64,000 nucleotides of DNA from an uncultured Candidatus Entotheonella sp. GTDB lineage: Bacteria > Tectomicrobia > Entotheonellia > Entotheonellales > Entotheonellaceae. The DNA is taken from positions 64,001 through 128,000 of the forward strand of contig CBDCDA010000001.1 of NCBI GenBank assembly GCA_965215335.1. The letters run 5' to 3'. Positions within the stretch are counted from its first letter, which is position 1. Each line of letters opens with the position of its first letter. Positions 30,684 through 42,189 of this stretch are shown in pieces. The position numbers and the translations under genes are program-made. The notes under the pieces were generated by a model. The model worked only from the letters and a program-made list of their open reading frames with translations, did no database searches and was not told the DNA's origin.

Positions 30684-31551
30684 TCACACCTCAAACACGG
30701 AGCGCCAGCGCTCGTAAGCGTCGCGGTACGCGGGCAATGCCCCGGGCTCCGGTTCGACAACCCGCAGTTGCCATTGACCACGCAGCGCCTCGGCCGCCTC
30801 GCGGTACAAACCGGCCCCAAGGCCGGCGGCGCGGGCGGCGCCTTGGGCGCCGTCGGTATCGTACAACTCGAGACGGGCGCCGGTGAGGGTGGCGAAGGCG
30901 CTGCAGAACAGCGGGCTGAGGAACAGATTGGCGGCAGCGGCGCGCACGGTCCGGGTTTCCAGGCCGAGGCCGTGCATCGTCCGCAGGCCGTGATGCAGGG
31001 CGAAGACGATGCCCTCCTGGGCACCCCGCAGCAGGCGGGCGTGGGTGTGGCGGTTGAAATCGAGGCCGTCGAGGCGCGCGCCGGTGCGGCGGTCTTGCAG
31101 CAGGCGCTCGGCGCCGTTGCCGAACGGCAACAGGGACAGCCCATCGGCGCCGATGGGTGCCGTTTCGAGGCCGTGAAATTTCCCGGCGCGTTGAGCAGGT
31201 GCCGCATGCACACGGCCTCGCCCAACGCCTCGAACGCCCGGCGGCCAATGTCCACCGCGCGGCTGTCGCACCACAGAATGGCCGGGCCAGGGACCCGCAA
31301 GGCGCGGTCCACCAGTACCAGGCCGTGCATCTGGTACGACAGCCCGATGGCCCTGACCGCCTGCAGCGCCGCCGGGTGTGTGATGGCAAATTGTCGGGTA
31401 GCCGCACACACATGCGTCCACCACACCTCGGGGTCCTGCTCCGCCCAGCCGGCGAGACCGCCGAGCCCAGCACCGCGCCGCTGTCCGCTTCAACCAGCGC
31501 CGCCTTGATCGCCGAACTGCCGACATCGTAGCCCAACAGGTAACCCGCCAT
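30684..31551 (-). pseudogene. xylB: Xylulokinase/FGGY kinase pseudogene
   Basis: LGYDVGSSAIK, WAEQDP, YQMHG, ILWCDSR, GNFTASK, LPFGNGAER lie across three frames; large internal deletion. Confidence 0.85.
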
Positions 31552-31709
31552 GCCGCCTCCGCACACAGGGTCCAGGAGCGTCTTGCGGGGCATTTTACAG
31601 CTGCCGGCTGTCTCCCGCGAGACGGGCGTATTCGGCCGCCCAGGGATTGCGTCATTTCCGCAAGTTGTGGTTTGATGATGAGGAATAGCCAGCTATCAGG
31701 ACACGACAC

Positions 31710-32759
31710 GTGGATTGCGAACGCAGTACGGAAGGAGAGACATTGGATGGCAGGGACATCTCAAAAGGCAGGCGCAGGTCCGTGGTCGTGTTCCTTGCCC
31801 TGCTGCTCGGGTTCGGGTTCGCGGTCGGGGCAGCGACAGGGCAGGAGAGTCCGTCGGCTGAACGCGGCGCCTATGTGTTCCGCGCTGCGGGCGGCTGCAG
31901 TTGTCACACCGACGTAAAGAACGAGGGGCCCTTCATGGCGGGCGGGAGGCCTATCGCCACACCGTTCGGAACGATTTACAGCACGAATATCACACCCGAT
32001 CCGAAGACCGGTATCGGCGCCTGGAGCGATGCGGATTTCCTCCGCGCCATGACGCTGGGCGTGGGTCCGTCGGGGGTGCAGTATTTTCCCGTCTTTCCAT
32101 ACACCTCCTTCACCCGGATGACGAGGCAGGACGTGCTGGATCTGAAAGCCTACCTCTTCTCCATACCTCCCGTTGCGCGGGCCAACCAAGCCCACGAGCT
32201 GAAGGCTCCCTTCGGCTGGCGCTTGGGCATACGGGTGTGGAAGTGGCTGTACTTTCAACCCGGCACCCTGAAACCGGACCCCGCCCGGTCCCCGCAATGG
32301 AACCGGGGCGCGTATCTCGTGCAGGCCCTCGGTCATTGCGGTGAATGTCACACCCCGCGCAATCTTCTGGGCGGCCTGCAGAAGGGCAGGCCGCACGCCG
32401 GCACCGCCGACGGCCCGGACGGCGAGCTGGCCCCGAACATCACCCCCGACACGGCCACGGGTATTGGCTCATGGGACCCTGCCGATCTCGTCTGGTTTCT
32501 CCAAATGGGGCTGAAACCCGACGGCGACGATACCCAGGGACTGATGAGCGAGCTCATCGAAACCGGCTACAGCCATCTCAGTGCGGCCGACCTGGAGGCG
32601 ATAACCGTCTATATCCAGTCTTTACCTGCCATTCACAACGAGGTCGTCCCGCCGGAGAAGCAGACCCGAGACAACCGTGATATCGGCCCGGGACAACGTC
32701 GTACAATGCGCTGCTGCCTGGCAGTCGCAACGGAATCCCACGTCACAGCGCAGCCATGA
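31710..32759 (+). CDS. Diheme cytochrome c (gluconate/alcohol dehydrogenase cytochrome-like); start uncertain
   Basis: CSCH, CGECHTPR, two NITPD..TGIG.W repeats. Confidence 0.88.
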   Translation: MDCERSTEGETLDGRDISKGRRRSVVVFLALLLGFGFAVGAATGQESPSAERGAYVFRAAGGCSCHTDVKNEGPFMAGGRPIATPFGTIYSTNITPDPKTGIGAWSDADFLRAMTLGVGPSGVQYFPVFPYTSFTRMTRQDVLDLKAYLFSIPPVARANQAHELKAPFGWRLGIRVWKWLYFQPGTLKPDPARSPQWNRGAYLVQALGHCGECHTPRNLLGGLQKGRPHAGTADGPDGELAPNITPDTATGIGSWDPADLVWFLQMGLKPDGDDTQGLMSELIETGYSHLSAADLEAITVYIQSLPAIHNEVVPPEKQTRDNRDIGPGQRRTMRCCLAVATESHVTAQP

Positions 32760-32768
32760 AGGGGCATC

Positions 32769-33944
32769 ATGAGCAACACGCCGATCATCGAACGCATCCA
32801 GATCACCCGTTACCGCTTTCCGTTCGAGAACGTCGGGTACGACCCCAGCTTCGCCATGGGAGCCTTCTACGAACCCGGCCAGCAGGGCGCCCGCTCGGCC
32901 TTGGGCATCCGCATCCATACCGACGTGGGCGTGACCGGCGAATAAGTCAGCATCGCGCCTGCGACCTTCGAGCAGATCAAGATGTTCGCGTCGTTCCTGA
33001 TCGGCAGGAACGCCCTCGAACGCGAGCGCTTCTACAACCAGGCCAAGGTGATCCTGCGCAAGAACGACCGCATGGGCATCGGCCCCATCGACATCGCCCT
33101 TTGGGACTTGGCGGGCAAGTTCCACCAGGCACCGGTCTACCGGCTGCTGGGCGGCTACCGCGAAGACCTGCCGACCTACGCCAGCACCTACCACGCCGAC
33201 CGCACCCCCGGCGGCCTGGACTGCCCGGAGGCGTTCGCCGATTTCGCCGAGCAGTGCCTTGAAATGGGCTACCAGGGATTCAAGATTCACTCCTGGGGCG
33301 AAGGCCCCATCGCGCAGGAGGTCGCCACCGTGCACGCCGTCGGGCGGCGCGTTGGCGGGAAAATGGCCCTGATGCTCGATCCGTGCTGCGCTTACAACAC
33401 CTACGCCGATGCCTTGCGGGTCGGGCGGGCTTGCGACGCCGAGGGATTTTTCTGGTACGAGGACCCGCTCAAGGACGGTGGCGTGTCGCACTACGCGCAC
33501 CGGCAACTGCGCCGTGCCCTGACCACGCCGCTGCTGCAGGGCGAGCACCTGCACCTCGTCGAGGCGCACGTTGACATGGCGGCCGCCGAGGCCACCGACT
33601 TCGCGCGCGCCGACCCCGAGTACGACGGCGGCATTACCGGCGTCATGAAAATCGCCCACGCCGCGGAGGGCTTCGGCATGGACCTGGAACTGCACATCGC
33701 CGGCCCGGCGCAGCGCCACTGCATGGCCACCATGCGCAATTCCAATTTTTACGAGATGGGGCTGGTGCATCCGAAGCTGGACAACATCGTGTCGCTGCCC
33801 ATCTATCAGGACGGCTACGCCGACGAGCTGACGAGCATCGACAAGACCGGCTGCGTGCGGGTGCCGCAAGGGCCGGGCCTGGGCGTCGGCTACGACTGGG
33901 CCGCGGCGGAACGGTTCCGCGTGGATGAAGTGGTGATCAAATAG
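32769..33944 (+). pseudogene. Mandelate racemase/enolase superfamily gene with in-frame TAA at 32943
   Basis: MSNTPII...TDVGVTGE*V continues in frame into IDIALWDLAGK, GFKIH, WYEDP, GGITG. Confidence 0.82.
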
Positions 33945-33962
33945 GCGGGAATTGGCCACCGC

Positions 33963-35531
33963 TCAAATGATCGGCGGCCCGGTATAGCGCTCATCCCACG
34001 GTCCGCCGGCGCGTGCCCGCCGCATGGCCGCCGGCAGCATCCGCAGGATGTCCGACGCCACCAGGCCGTCGGCGCCGGTTTCGGCAGCGGCCAGGTCGCC
34101 CGCCACGCCGTGCGTGAAGACGCCCATGCGTACCGCCTCGGGAATCCCGAGACGCAACCCGGACATGGCGGCAATGACGCCGGTGAGGACGTCACCCGAC
34201 CCCGGCGTCGCCATGCCGGAATTGCCGCTCAGGTTGATGAACACCTGCCCGTCGGCGGTGCCGATCAGCGAGTGTGCGCCTTTCAGAACGATCAACGCTC
34301 CGAGCCGCACCGCGGTTTCCTGGACGACAGCAATCCGGTCGACTTCCACTTCGCTGACAGACCGCCCGGTCAGGCGGGCCATTTCGCCGGTGTGCGGGGT
34401 CAGAATGGTCGGTGCCTGCCGGTCGGCGAGAATCGACGGCTCCCCGCCCAGTGCCGTGATGCCGTCGCCGTCGATCAGCAGCGGCTTGTGCAACCCGGCA
34501 GCCAGCTGGCGCGCCAGCTGCTGCGATTCCGCGTCCAGCGACAATCCGGGGCCAAGCACCACGAAATCCACGCGGTCAGCGAGTTCCAACAGGGCCGCCT
34601 TGTTGCCGAGGGCGATGCTGCCTGCACGTGTTTCGCGCTGCGGCGCAAAGACAATTTCAGGGCCTTTGTTCGCCAGGAACGGCGTCATGGCGGCGGGGGA
34701 AGCGAGGCGCGCGTAACCGCCACCGGCTTTCAGGAACGACATGGCGGCCAGGTACGGAGCGCCGAAATAACTACCCGCCCCGGCGATGAACAGCGCGTCG
34801 CCGAACGTTCCCTTGTGGCCCTGCGGGTCGCGCGGCGGCAGCGGCAGGGGATCATTGATGGCCACCCGCAGACCGGCCGCCTCGATCATGGAAGGCGGGA
34901 AGGACAGGGGAGAGACGTACAGCTTCCCGCTGTGGTCAAAGCCGGGCCACAGCAGGTTGCCGCGCTTGGGCAGGCCGAAGGTGACGGTCAGATCGGCCCG
35001 TACGGCGGCGCCCATGACCGCGCCGGTGTCACCGTGTATACCGGAGGGCACGTCGAGGCTCAGCACGGTCCTGCCACTGCCGTTGATCTGCTCGATGACC
35101 TGGCGTTGCAGGCCCGCCACCGGACGGGAAAGCCCCGTACCCAGCAGGGCATCCACAACCACGTCGCAGGCAACCAGGTCGGCGGCCAGAGGACCCATTT
35201 CTTTGAGGGTATCAACCCTGACCGGCAGGCGGGACAGGATGTGCCGATTTTTCAGGGCGGCGCCACGGAGGCGGCTTTCGTCGCCGACCACGGTCACCCT
35301 CACGGGGGCATTGGCAGCATGCAGGCGTCGCGCCACCACGAAGCCGTCGCCACCGTTGTTGCCGACGCCACAGATGACGACAAAGTTTTTGCTCGTGACA
35401 CCGATCTCGCGCCCGAGCACTGCGCAGGCGGCCTCACCGGCGTTCTCCATAAGGAGATCCTCGGGAATACCGAAACCCTCAATCGCCTCGCGGTCCAGCG
35501 CCCGTATTTCTGCAACACTGCTGACTTTCAT
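33963..35531 (-). CDS. nnr: Bifunctional NAD(P)HX epimerase/dehydratase
   Basis: LMENAG, GNNGGDG, DVPSG, HKG.FG, TPHTGE, GSGDVLTG. Confidence 0.95.
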   Translation of the reverse strand: MKVSSVAEIRALDREAIEGFGIPEDLLMENAGEAACAVLGREIGVTSKNFVVICGVGNNGGDGFVVARRLHAANAPVRVTVVGDESRLRGAALKNRHILSRLPVRVDTLKEMGPLAADLVACDVVVDALLGTGLSRPVAGLQRQVIEQINGSGRTVLSLDVPSGIHGDTGAVMGAAVRADLTVTFGLPKRGNLLWPGFDHSGKLYVSPLSFPPSMIEAAGLRVAINDPLPLPPRDPQGHKGTFGDALFIAGAGSYFGAPYLAAMSFLKAGGGYARLASPAAMTPFLANKGPEIVFAPQRETRAGSIALGNKAALLELADRVDFVVLGPGLSLDAESQQLARQLAAGLHKPLLIDGDGITALGGEPSILADRQAPTILTPHTGEMARLTGRSVSEVEVDRIAVVQETAVRLGALIVLKGAHSLIGTADGQVFINLSGNSGMATPGSGDVLTGVIAAMSGLRLGIPEAVRMGVFTHGVAGDLAAAETGADGLVASDILRMLPAAMRRARAGGPWDERYTGPPII

Positions 35532-35581
35532 AGCCCCCACCTTCCATCACGCTGTCAAATATCTGAGCGACAAACCAAAAC

Positions 35582-35607
35582 TACTTATAGTCTGCAGACT
35601 CAAAGGC
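35582..35607 (+). promoter_or_regulatory. C-box double operator for an R-M controller protein
   Basis: TACT-TAT-AGTC-tgca-GACT-CAA-AGGC fits the GACT-N3-AGTC-N4-GACT-N3-AGTC C-box. Confidence 0.85.
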
Positions 35608-35678
35608 ATCATCCTGCCAAAATTACTTCTTGGGTCTTCGTTCGCAACCCTCATTCTCAACACTCAGAGGTCAGAGGA

Positions 35679-37235
35679 ATGATGAGCGACAAGCGACTCA
35701 GAAAACCAAGTCGAGAAGTGACGCAAATTCTTGCGGACAACATCCGAACTTATAGAAAAGTGAAGCGCCTCTCGCAAGAAGAACTCGCCGATAGGTGCGA
35801 TTTGCACCGGACCTACGTGGGTTCGGTAGAGCGAGGGGAGCGTAACGTGACACTCAGCACCTTGGAAACCTTAGGAATTTGTCGCAAATTAGTTTTTCAT
35901 GCTTTGAGTTTTGTGTTTCAATTGTTCCATGAGGCGCGATCACGAACTCGAAGCCACCATTGTTGAGAAGTACGCGGTGATCGAAGCGTTTCTTGATGAG
36001 CGTGGGCGTCGTATCTGGGCAGCCACGGAGTCGCGTGCCATCGGCTATGGAGGAGATGCCCTGGTGTCGGATGCGACAGGATTGTCGCGCCCGACCATTC
36101 GGGCGGGACGCCGAGAGCTGGCAGGTGGTGGCACTGAGTTTGGCCGGGTGCGCCGACCGGGCGCTGGACGACCGGGCATCGAGCAGTCTCAGCCGGGCAT
36201 CAAGCAAGCGCTGGAGCAGTTGGTTGATCCGTTGACTCGCGGCGACCCGCAGTCGCCGTTGAGGTGGACGTGCAAGAGCAAAGCGAAGCTCACCGTGGCG
36301 CTGTCGAAGGCTGGCTGGAAGGTCAGTTCGACGACGGTGGGCCGTTTACTGCATGAGCTCGGCTATCGCCTGCAATCGGTGCGCAAGAGTCGAGAAGGGG
36401 CGTCGCACCCCGATCGCAATGCACAGTTCGAACATATCAATTCAAAGGCAGATGAGTTTTTGCAACGCGGTCAGCCGGTGGTATCGGTCGACACCAAGAA
36501 GAAGGAGTTGGTGGGTGATTTCAAGAACGCTGGCCGGGAGTGGCAACCGAAGGGGCAGCCCGAGCAATCACGGGTTCACGACTTTCCTCAGGACGCGACG
36601 GGCAAGGCCATTCCCTATGGCATCTATGATATGGGAGGCAACGAAGCATGGGTCAGTGTTGGGTGTGACCACGACACGCCGGCGTTCGCGGTGGCCTCGC
36701 TGCGGCGGTGGTGGGACGAGATGGGCAAGCGTCGCTACTCCGAGGCTCGTGAGCTATTCATCACTGCCGATGCGGGCGGTAGCAACGGGTATCGCTGTCG
36801 CGCCTGGAAGCACGGACTGCAACAGTTTGCCGACGAGACGGGTGTGCGCATCCACGTCAGCCACTTCCCGCCCGGTACCAGCAAATGGAACAAGATCGAG
36901 CATCGTCTGTTCTGCCACATCACGCAGAATTGGCGAGGCAAGCCGTTGCGGACCTTTGAGACCATAGTCGATTTGATCGGCAATACGCGTACCAACGCAG
37001 GTCTTCGGGTCAGAGCCGAACTTGACGCAAGAACATACCCGACCGCAGTGGTGACGACGAACGCCGAGATGGACGCCCTGTCGCTCCATCGCAACGCGTT
37101 CCACGGCGACTGGAACTATGAGTTACACCCACGATGAAGTTGGAAACCTAAATTGGATCAAATTCCTTAGCTACGACCCTTGGTGTGAGCATCCCGGGAC
37201 TTCTGACCAAGAGAGCATTTGAGAGTGACGACTGA
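35679..37235 (+). pseudogene. R-M controller (C) protein, XRE HTH, interrupted by ISAzo13
   Basis: LSQEELADRCDLHRTYVGSVERGERNVTLSTLETL | ATTLGVSIPGLL..DD* rejoins in frame after IS removal. Confidence 0.9.
35874..37166 (+). mobile_element. ISAzo13-family element (transposase 35929-37137)
   Basis: TIRs GGAATTTG / CAAATTCC, TTA duplication; HPDRNAQF, SVDTKKKE, PPGTSKWNKIEHRLF. Confidence 0.93.
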
Positions 37236-38278
37236 TGTTCCCAACCCGGAGCGGTATTTTGAGGCAATCCGGCAGAACGGCCTATCGATCTACGATCCTG
37301 TCAAGATGGGTGATCCTGAACGATGGATTCCGACGCCGGAACTGGAACAACTACTTAACGCGGCCATGGCAGGTATCTCACTCGTCGGGTTACCGCTACG
37401 AACCCGTTCGAAAGTCGTCAAGGAACACATTTGCCGGGCGCCTGGCTACCCGGTTCCATCGAGCTTCAGGAGGACGCAACCAAGTTTCCCGGGACAGCTT
37501 TTCGATACCTACGTTCAGAAGTCGAACAATCTTCAGGTTTGGAATGAAAAACTTGCCTCTATGAGGCGTTATGTGATCATCCGGGTCGGTGAGGACGACG
37601 TCATCACCAGAGTAAAAGTGATCCTGGGCAACCGTCTGGCGTTGCTGGACAGAACGGGCACGCTGACAGAGAAGTATCAAGCACGCCTGACTGTCAGCGT
37701 GCCAAAAGGAGAATTGGTCACACACGAGGGTACGGAACTTCTTCGACCGTTCGTGCGCGTCGGGGTCGATCTCACAGCCATCGCAAGCCCGACCTATCAC
37801 CCTCGGAGGGGACAATTGTTGCCGATTCAAGGAGATATACAACCGGTTACAGGCTCTCATCGGACAAGGCTTCGCAGATACCGGCTATGACCAAGAACGT
37901 AACCGGGGCGCGGCATTGCATCGTCTGGTCTGTCAACGTCTGGGATATGCCGACTACCAGGACGACGGGCAATTCCCAGACGTTCGCCATCAGCTTCTTG
38001 AGGTGAAGCTGCAAACCTCCCCAACCATCGATCTCGGCCTGGTTTGCCCGGACAGCAAAGAAGCCCTTGATGTTCCAAATATCGAAGGCCAGAAGATTCG
38101 CCACTGTGATGTTCGTTACGCGTTGTTTTATGCAGCGACGGATGGACAGAACGTAACCCTGACGCACTTGTTCCTGACGACGGGCGAAGAGTTTTTCACG
38201 CGGTTCCCGCAGTTCCAGGGAAAAGTGTTGAACAGAAAGCTCCAGATACCACTTCCGGCAAGTTTCTTCGAGGATTAA
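37225..38278 (+). pseudogene. Type II restriction endonuclease, frameshifted near 37828
   Basis: Overlaps the C stop. The second frame resumes KEIYNRL...FPDVRHQLLEVKLQ (PD-ExK). Convergent with the MTase. Confidence 0.8.
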
Positions 38279-38380
38279 CCGTCGATGAGCAGCTTCAATG
38301 GCACTAGACAGATTCCCCCGATTTTGCCCCTCTGACGCAAGCAGATGACTTCTTTTCCGTTACAAACACAGTTTGCAGAC

Positions 38381-40117
38381 TTAGGCAGGGCTGCCTCCGC
38401 AAAGGGCTTTCCAGACCATGGTGTCCAACTCCTTCTGAAGTTGCTCGGCTTCAGGGGAGGGCGTACAGTCGTATATCTGCTTCGCCTTGGCAATGATGTT
38501 CTTCCCGATTGATTTATCGGGATTGGGCAGAGGGAATTGCTCAACGTACTGCGTAATGAAACGGCGGCGGCCGGGGTAGAGCTTGTTGTGGAAACGACAA
38601 TCGTAAAACCGCTCGATGAAGGCGGAATTCCCGACAGCAACGGCCAGCCATAGCAGGTCAGTCTGTTCGGGATTCTGACAGATGAGCCAATAGCAGTCGC
38701 CATTCACGACAGAACCATTCAAATCGACCCAAAATGTTGGTTTCTCGGCAATGTCCCGAAAGACGAGTTTGGGGGGCGCCCAGGCGCTTGGGTTCTGCGG
38801 CACCCAGATTTCATACCATTCCCGGCCGGCCTTAACGACGTATTTGCGGCTTTCGAGGTTCGCGCGGTAGGCTGCAAGATAGGCTCGGCTGCGGGGATAT
38901 TGTGCCAGATCCACAGCCCGGCGGTATCCCTGAACAACCTCATGCGGGTAGAGGATCTCAATTGGCCGCTCAAGAGTATGGGGCTTGAAGCGGCGCGCGA
39001 CGTGATGCGTGGTGAGCTGCCTGAGAAGCTCGGGCCGGGTGCTCTCTGACATGTTCTGCCAGTCATCCCGAATGAAAATCTTGTCGGCGCAGGTTTTGAC
39101 GCCAACACGGATTTTTCCGATGTCGCAGAAAGTGCCCCAACGATGCGCGTCTACGGTGGTCAGCCAGGTATCAACAGCTTTCGTAGCGATGCGCCAAACA
39201 CCGCTGGGAGTGCCACTTGTATCGAGCTTGCCGTGTTGGACCTGGAAATGCCTTCCATCCTCAATCTCGACCACGCCTTCCGCGTCAAGGGCGCTGATTG
39301 GGTCGGTGGCCGTTCGACATGCCGGCTCGGAAGTCTGGTAGATCGATGTGAAAGCCGAGACTTTCGTCCTTTCACCGTCCTTGCCTTCAACGAGCAACAC
39401 GACGGGAAGCACAGCGGCGTTAAAGAGTTTGGTATCGCCTAAATCCCAAGCGTGATGGATTCGGAAGTGACCGAGCAGGGCTTGCCGGACAGACGCACCC
39501 GATTTCGTGGTCATGAAGCGGTTGGAGACAATGATCCCGGCGATGCCGCAGGGCTTGAGCACCTGAGACATACCGAGAATAAAGGCGTAGTAGAGGTCCA
39601 CACGACCGGTCAGACCAAATTGCGCCGCGAGAAGCTGGGCTCGCGTGGTTCCCATGATTTGGGTTCGGACATAGGGGGGATTGGCTATGATAAGGTCGTA
39701 GCCCTCATGAACTGCAGCATGGAATAAGCTGCCGAGACCGCCGATTCTGAAACGATCAAGGGCAAACTCAAGAAAATTGTCCGACTTAAAATGGAGAGAT
39801 ACTCCAGGAAAACGTTGCTTGAGACGCTCCGCGGCAGTATCAAGGGCGTTGGGATCGGTCTCAAATCCATGGACTTCCATTGTTGAATCCGGCTGATTGG
39901 GCAGGTGATCGAGAAGGCTGACGATGAGTTCTCCGTGGCCGACAGCAGGGTCGAGAATGCGGAGTGGACGGTCAGTTGGGAGGTCTCTGGCGAGCCGGAC
40001 GATTTGTCGTGCAACAAAATCCGCCAGGCTCTTGGGGGTGTATGTCGCTCCACCAATCTTTTCTTCACTGACCCTACGATAACGCTCTGTAGAGCGTGGC
40101 TGACAGAATGCTTCCAT
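38381..40117 (-). CDS. N6-adenine DNA methyltransferase, gamma class (TaqI/Eco57I-like)
   Basis: GATYTP, ILDPAVGHG, IIANPPY, DLYYAFI. Confidence 0.93.
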   Translation of the reverse strand: MEAFCQPRSTERYRRVSEEKIGGATYTPKSLADFVARQIVRLARDLPTDRPLRILDPAVGHGELIVSLLDHLPNQPDSTMEVHGFETDPNALDTAAERLKQRFPGVSLHFKSDNFLEFALDRFRIGGLGSLFHAAVHEGYDLIIANPPYVRTQIMGTTRAQLLAAQFGLTGRVDLYYAFILGMSQVLKPCGIAGIIVSNRFMTTKSGASVRQALLGHFRIHHAWDLGDTKLFNAAVLPVVLLVEGKDGERTKVSAFTSIYQTSEPACRTATDPISALDAEGVVEIEDGRHFQVQHGKLDTSGTPSGVWRIATKAVDTWLTTVDAHRWGTFCDIGKIRVGVKTCADKIFIRDDWQNMSESTRPELLRQLTTHHVARRFKPHTLERPIEILYPHEVVQGYRRAVDLAQYPRSRAYLAAYRANLESRKYVVKAGREWYEIWVPQNPSAWAPPKLVFRDIAEKPTFWVDLNGSVVNGDCYWLICQNPEQTDLLWLAVAVGNSAFIERFYDCRFHNKLYPGRRRFITQYVEQFPLPNPDKSIGKNIIAKAKQIYDCTPSPEAEQLQKELDTMVWKALCGGSPA

Positions 40118-40236
40118 TATTGATTTCCAGGAGGGTGAAGATGGATGTCAATTCGCTACTTATGGTCATCTTGTTACACCTGTTTGTCAATTACAAACCA
40201 ATCCCCGAATCGTCTGCCCGTTCATAAGGCAGGCCC

Positions 40237-41067
40237 GTGACACAACAGCCGCCCGGCGCCACCGATTCCGGGCCGTCCCGTTTGCCATCAGCCCTTGATC
40301 CTGGTACCGATCTGGCGCAGCAGTTAGAGCTCAAACGGCCCGTCGTGTTCCTGGATTACGACGGCACCCTGACCCCCATTGTGGCACGTCCCGAGTTGGC
40401 CACTCTGGATGGAGCGGTGCGCCGCACACTCATGGCGCTGGCCGAACGATGCCCGGTGGCGATTGTCAGCGGCCGCGACCGCGCCGACGTGCAACGACTG
40501 GTCGATGTGGACGGCCTCATCTACGCCGGCAGCCACGGGTTCGATATCCGCGGTCCAGGAATGCAAAGCGAGCACGGCGCCGCGTTTCTGCCGGACCTGG
40601 ACGCTGCGGAGGCAGACCTGCGGCAGTCTCTCGCCCACCTTCAGGGGGCATTGCTGGAGCGCAAGCGGTATTCGCTGGCCGTGCACGTGCGGGGACTGGT
40701 GCGGGATGCCGCCCTTGCCGTCGAGGCTGTTGTCGATGCCGCCCTCAGCCGCCATACCCGCCTGCACAAGGGCACAGGCAAGATGGTATTCGAGTTGCTG
40801 CCGCGCCTGGATTGGCATAAAGGCAAGGCCGTTCTTCACATCCTGGAGATCCTGCGACTTCCCGACGCCGAGGTCTTGCCCATTTACATCGGCGACGACC
40901 GTACCGACGAGGACGCCTTCACCGCCTTGGCCGGGCGCGGCACCGGCATCCTGATCGCCGAGTCGCCACGCCGAACCGCGGCCCGCTATACCCTACGCAA
41001 TCCTGACGAGGTGCACCGCTTCCTGCAGCGTCTTGTCGGCGCTGCCAAGCCCCCGCCGCTGCCTTGA
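40237..41067 (+). CDS. otsB: Trehalose-6-phosphate phosphatase
   Basis: FLDYDGTLTPI, SGR, GSHG, HKG.A, YIGDDRTDEDAF. Confidence 0.92.
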   Translation: MTQQPPGATDSGPSRLPSALDPGTDLAQQLELKRPVVFLDYDGTLTPIVARPELATLDGAVRRTLMALAERCPVAIVSGRDRADVQRLVDVDGLIYAGSHGFDIRGPGMQSEHGAAFLPDLDAAEADLRQSLAHLQGALLERKRYSLAVHVRGLVRDAALAVEAVVDAALSRHTRLHKGTGKMVFELLPRLDWHKGKAVLHILEILRLPDAEVLPIYIGDDRTDEDAFTALAGRGTGILIAESPRRTAARYTLRNPDEVHRFLQRLVGAAKPPPLP

Positions 41068-41137
41068 TCCTGCACGGCACGGGACGTATCATGATCGTTG
41101 CTTCGCAAGAGCAATGCCAGTGAAAAGGGGACTACGC

Positions 41138-42136
41138 ATGCAAATGAAAGCAGCCGTTTATCACGGGCCGCGGGACATCCGAGTGGAACAAGTGGACCGG
41201 CCGGAAATCGGCGATCACGACGTACTGGTACGGGTGAAGGCGTGCGGCATCTGCGGCTCCGACCTGCACATGTACCGGCTCGGAATGTTCGAGGTACTTG
41301 GGCGCCCGCTTGACGACCACCGGCGCGTCATGGGCCACGAATTGAGTGGCGAGATCGTCGAGGTGGGCAAGGACGTCAGCGGTTTTCAGGTCGGCGACCG
41401 CATCACCGGGGTGGGGCAGGGCGGCTTTGCGGAGTACGTGCCGGTGCCGGTTACCGAGCGCAGCCCGCACCTTCTGCCGGAGCCGATCAGCTTCGAGGAC
41501 GGTGCCACGCTCGAACCCCTGGCCACCTCTCTGCACGGCGTCTCGCTCGGGCAGCCCGCCGCTGGCGAAACGGTGGTGGTGCTCGGCGCCGGTATTATCG
41601 GCCTAGGCTGTGTCCAGGCCATGCGAGCGACGGTCGATTGCCGCATCATCGCCGTCGATGCCTCTGAACGTCGTCTGGACACGGCCAAGTCCCTCGGCGC
41701 CGATGCCACCGTCAACCTGAGCGAAACCGATTCGGTGGAGGCAGTGATCGAACTCACCGGCGGCGCCAGGCCCGTGGAGCGCTTCGGCGTTCGGGGCGGC
41801 AACGCCGATCTGATCATTGACTGCGCTGGCGCGCCGTCTTCGCCCAACCAGGGCTTGACCATGCTGAAGCAGCAGTACGGGCGCCTGGTGTTCGTCGCCC
41901 TATTCGAACGGCCTGCCGATCTGGATTTCAACCAGGTGGTGCGCAAGCACGTCGCCATTTACGGGTCCTGGACCTGGACCGGCACCGACTACCGCCGTGC
42001 CATCGAGCTTGTCGAAAGTGGCAAGATCCGCCGTCAGCCCTTGATTTCCCATGCCCTCGACCTGGATGAAGCTCCCGAGGGGTTCGCCATTCAGGACCAG
42101 CCCGGCGCCGCCATCAAGGTGGTCCTGAAACCCTGA
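41138..42136 (+). CDS. Zinc-dependent medium-chain dehydrogenase
   Basis: CGICGSD, GHE, GAGIIG. Confidence 0.93.
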   Translation: MQMKAAVYHGPRDIRVEQVDRPEIGDHDVLVRVKACGICGSDLHMYRLGMFEVLGRPLDDHRRVMGHELSGEIVEVGKDVSGFQVGDRITGVGQGGFAEYVPVPVTERSPHLLPEPISFEDGATLEPLATSLHGVSLGQPAAGETVVVLGAGIIGLGCVQAMRATVDCRIIAVDASERRLDTAKSLGADATVNLSETDSVEAVIELTGGARPVERFGVRGGNADLIIDCAGAPSSPNQGLTMLKQQYGRLVFVALFERPADLDFNQVVRKHVAIYGSWTWTGTDYRRAIELVESGKIRRQPLISHALDLDEAPEGFAIQDQPGAAIKVVLKP

Positions 42137-42189
42137 ACGCCCGGATGCGGCAGCGTTTCCAGGGGGGCAGGTTGCAGACCTGCCCCCAA

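Noticed and set aside
32943..32945. Recoded stop in the enolase-superfamily gene
   Set aside because: It is TAA, not TGA or TAG; a nonsense mutation or sequencing error is more likely.
37225..40117. Assigning a recognition sequence to the second R-M system
   Set aside because: Cannot be supported without a REBASE comparison or methylome data.
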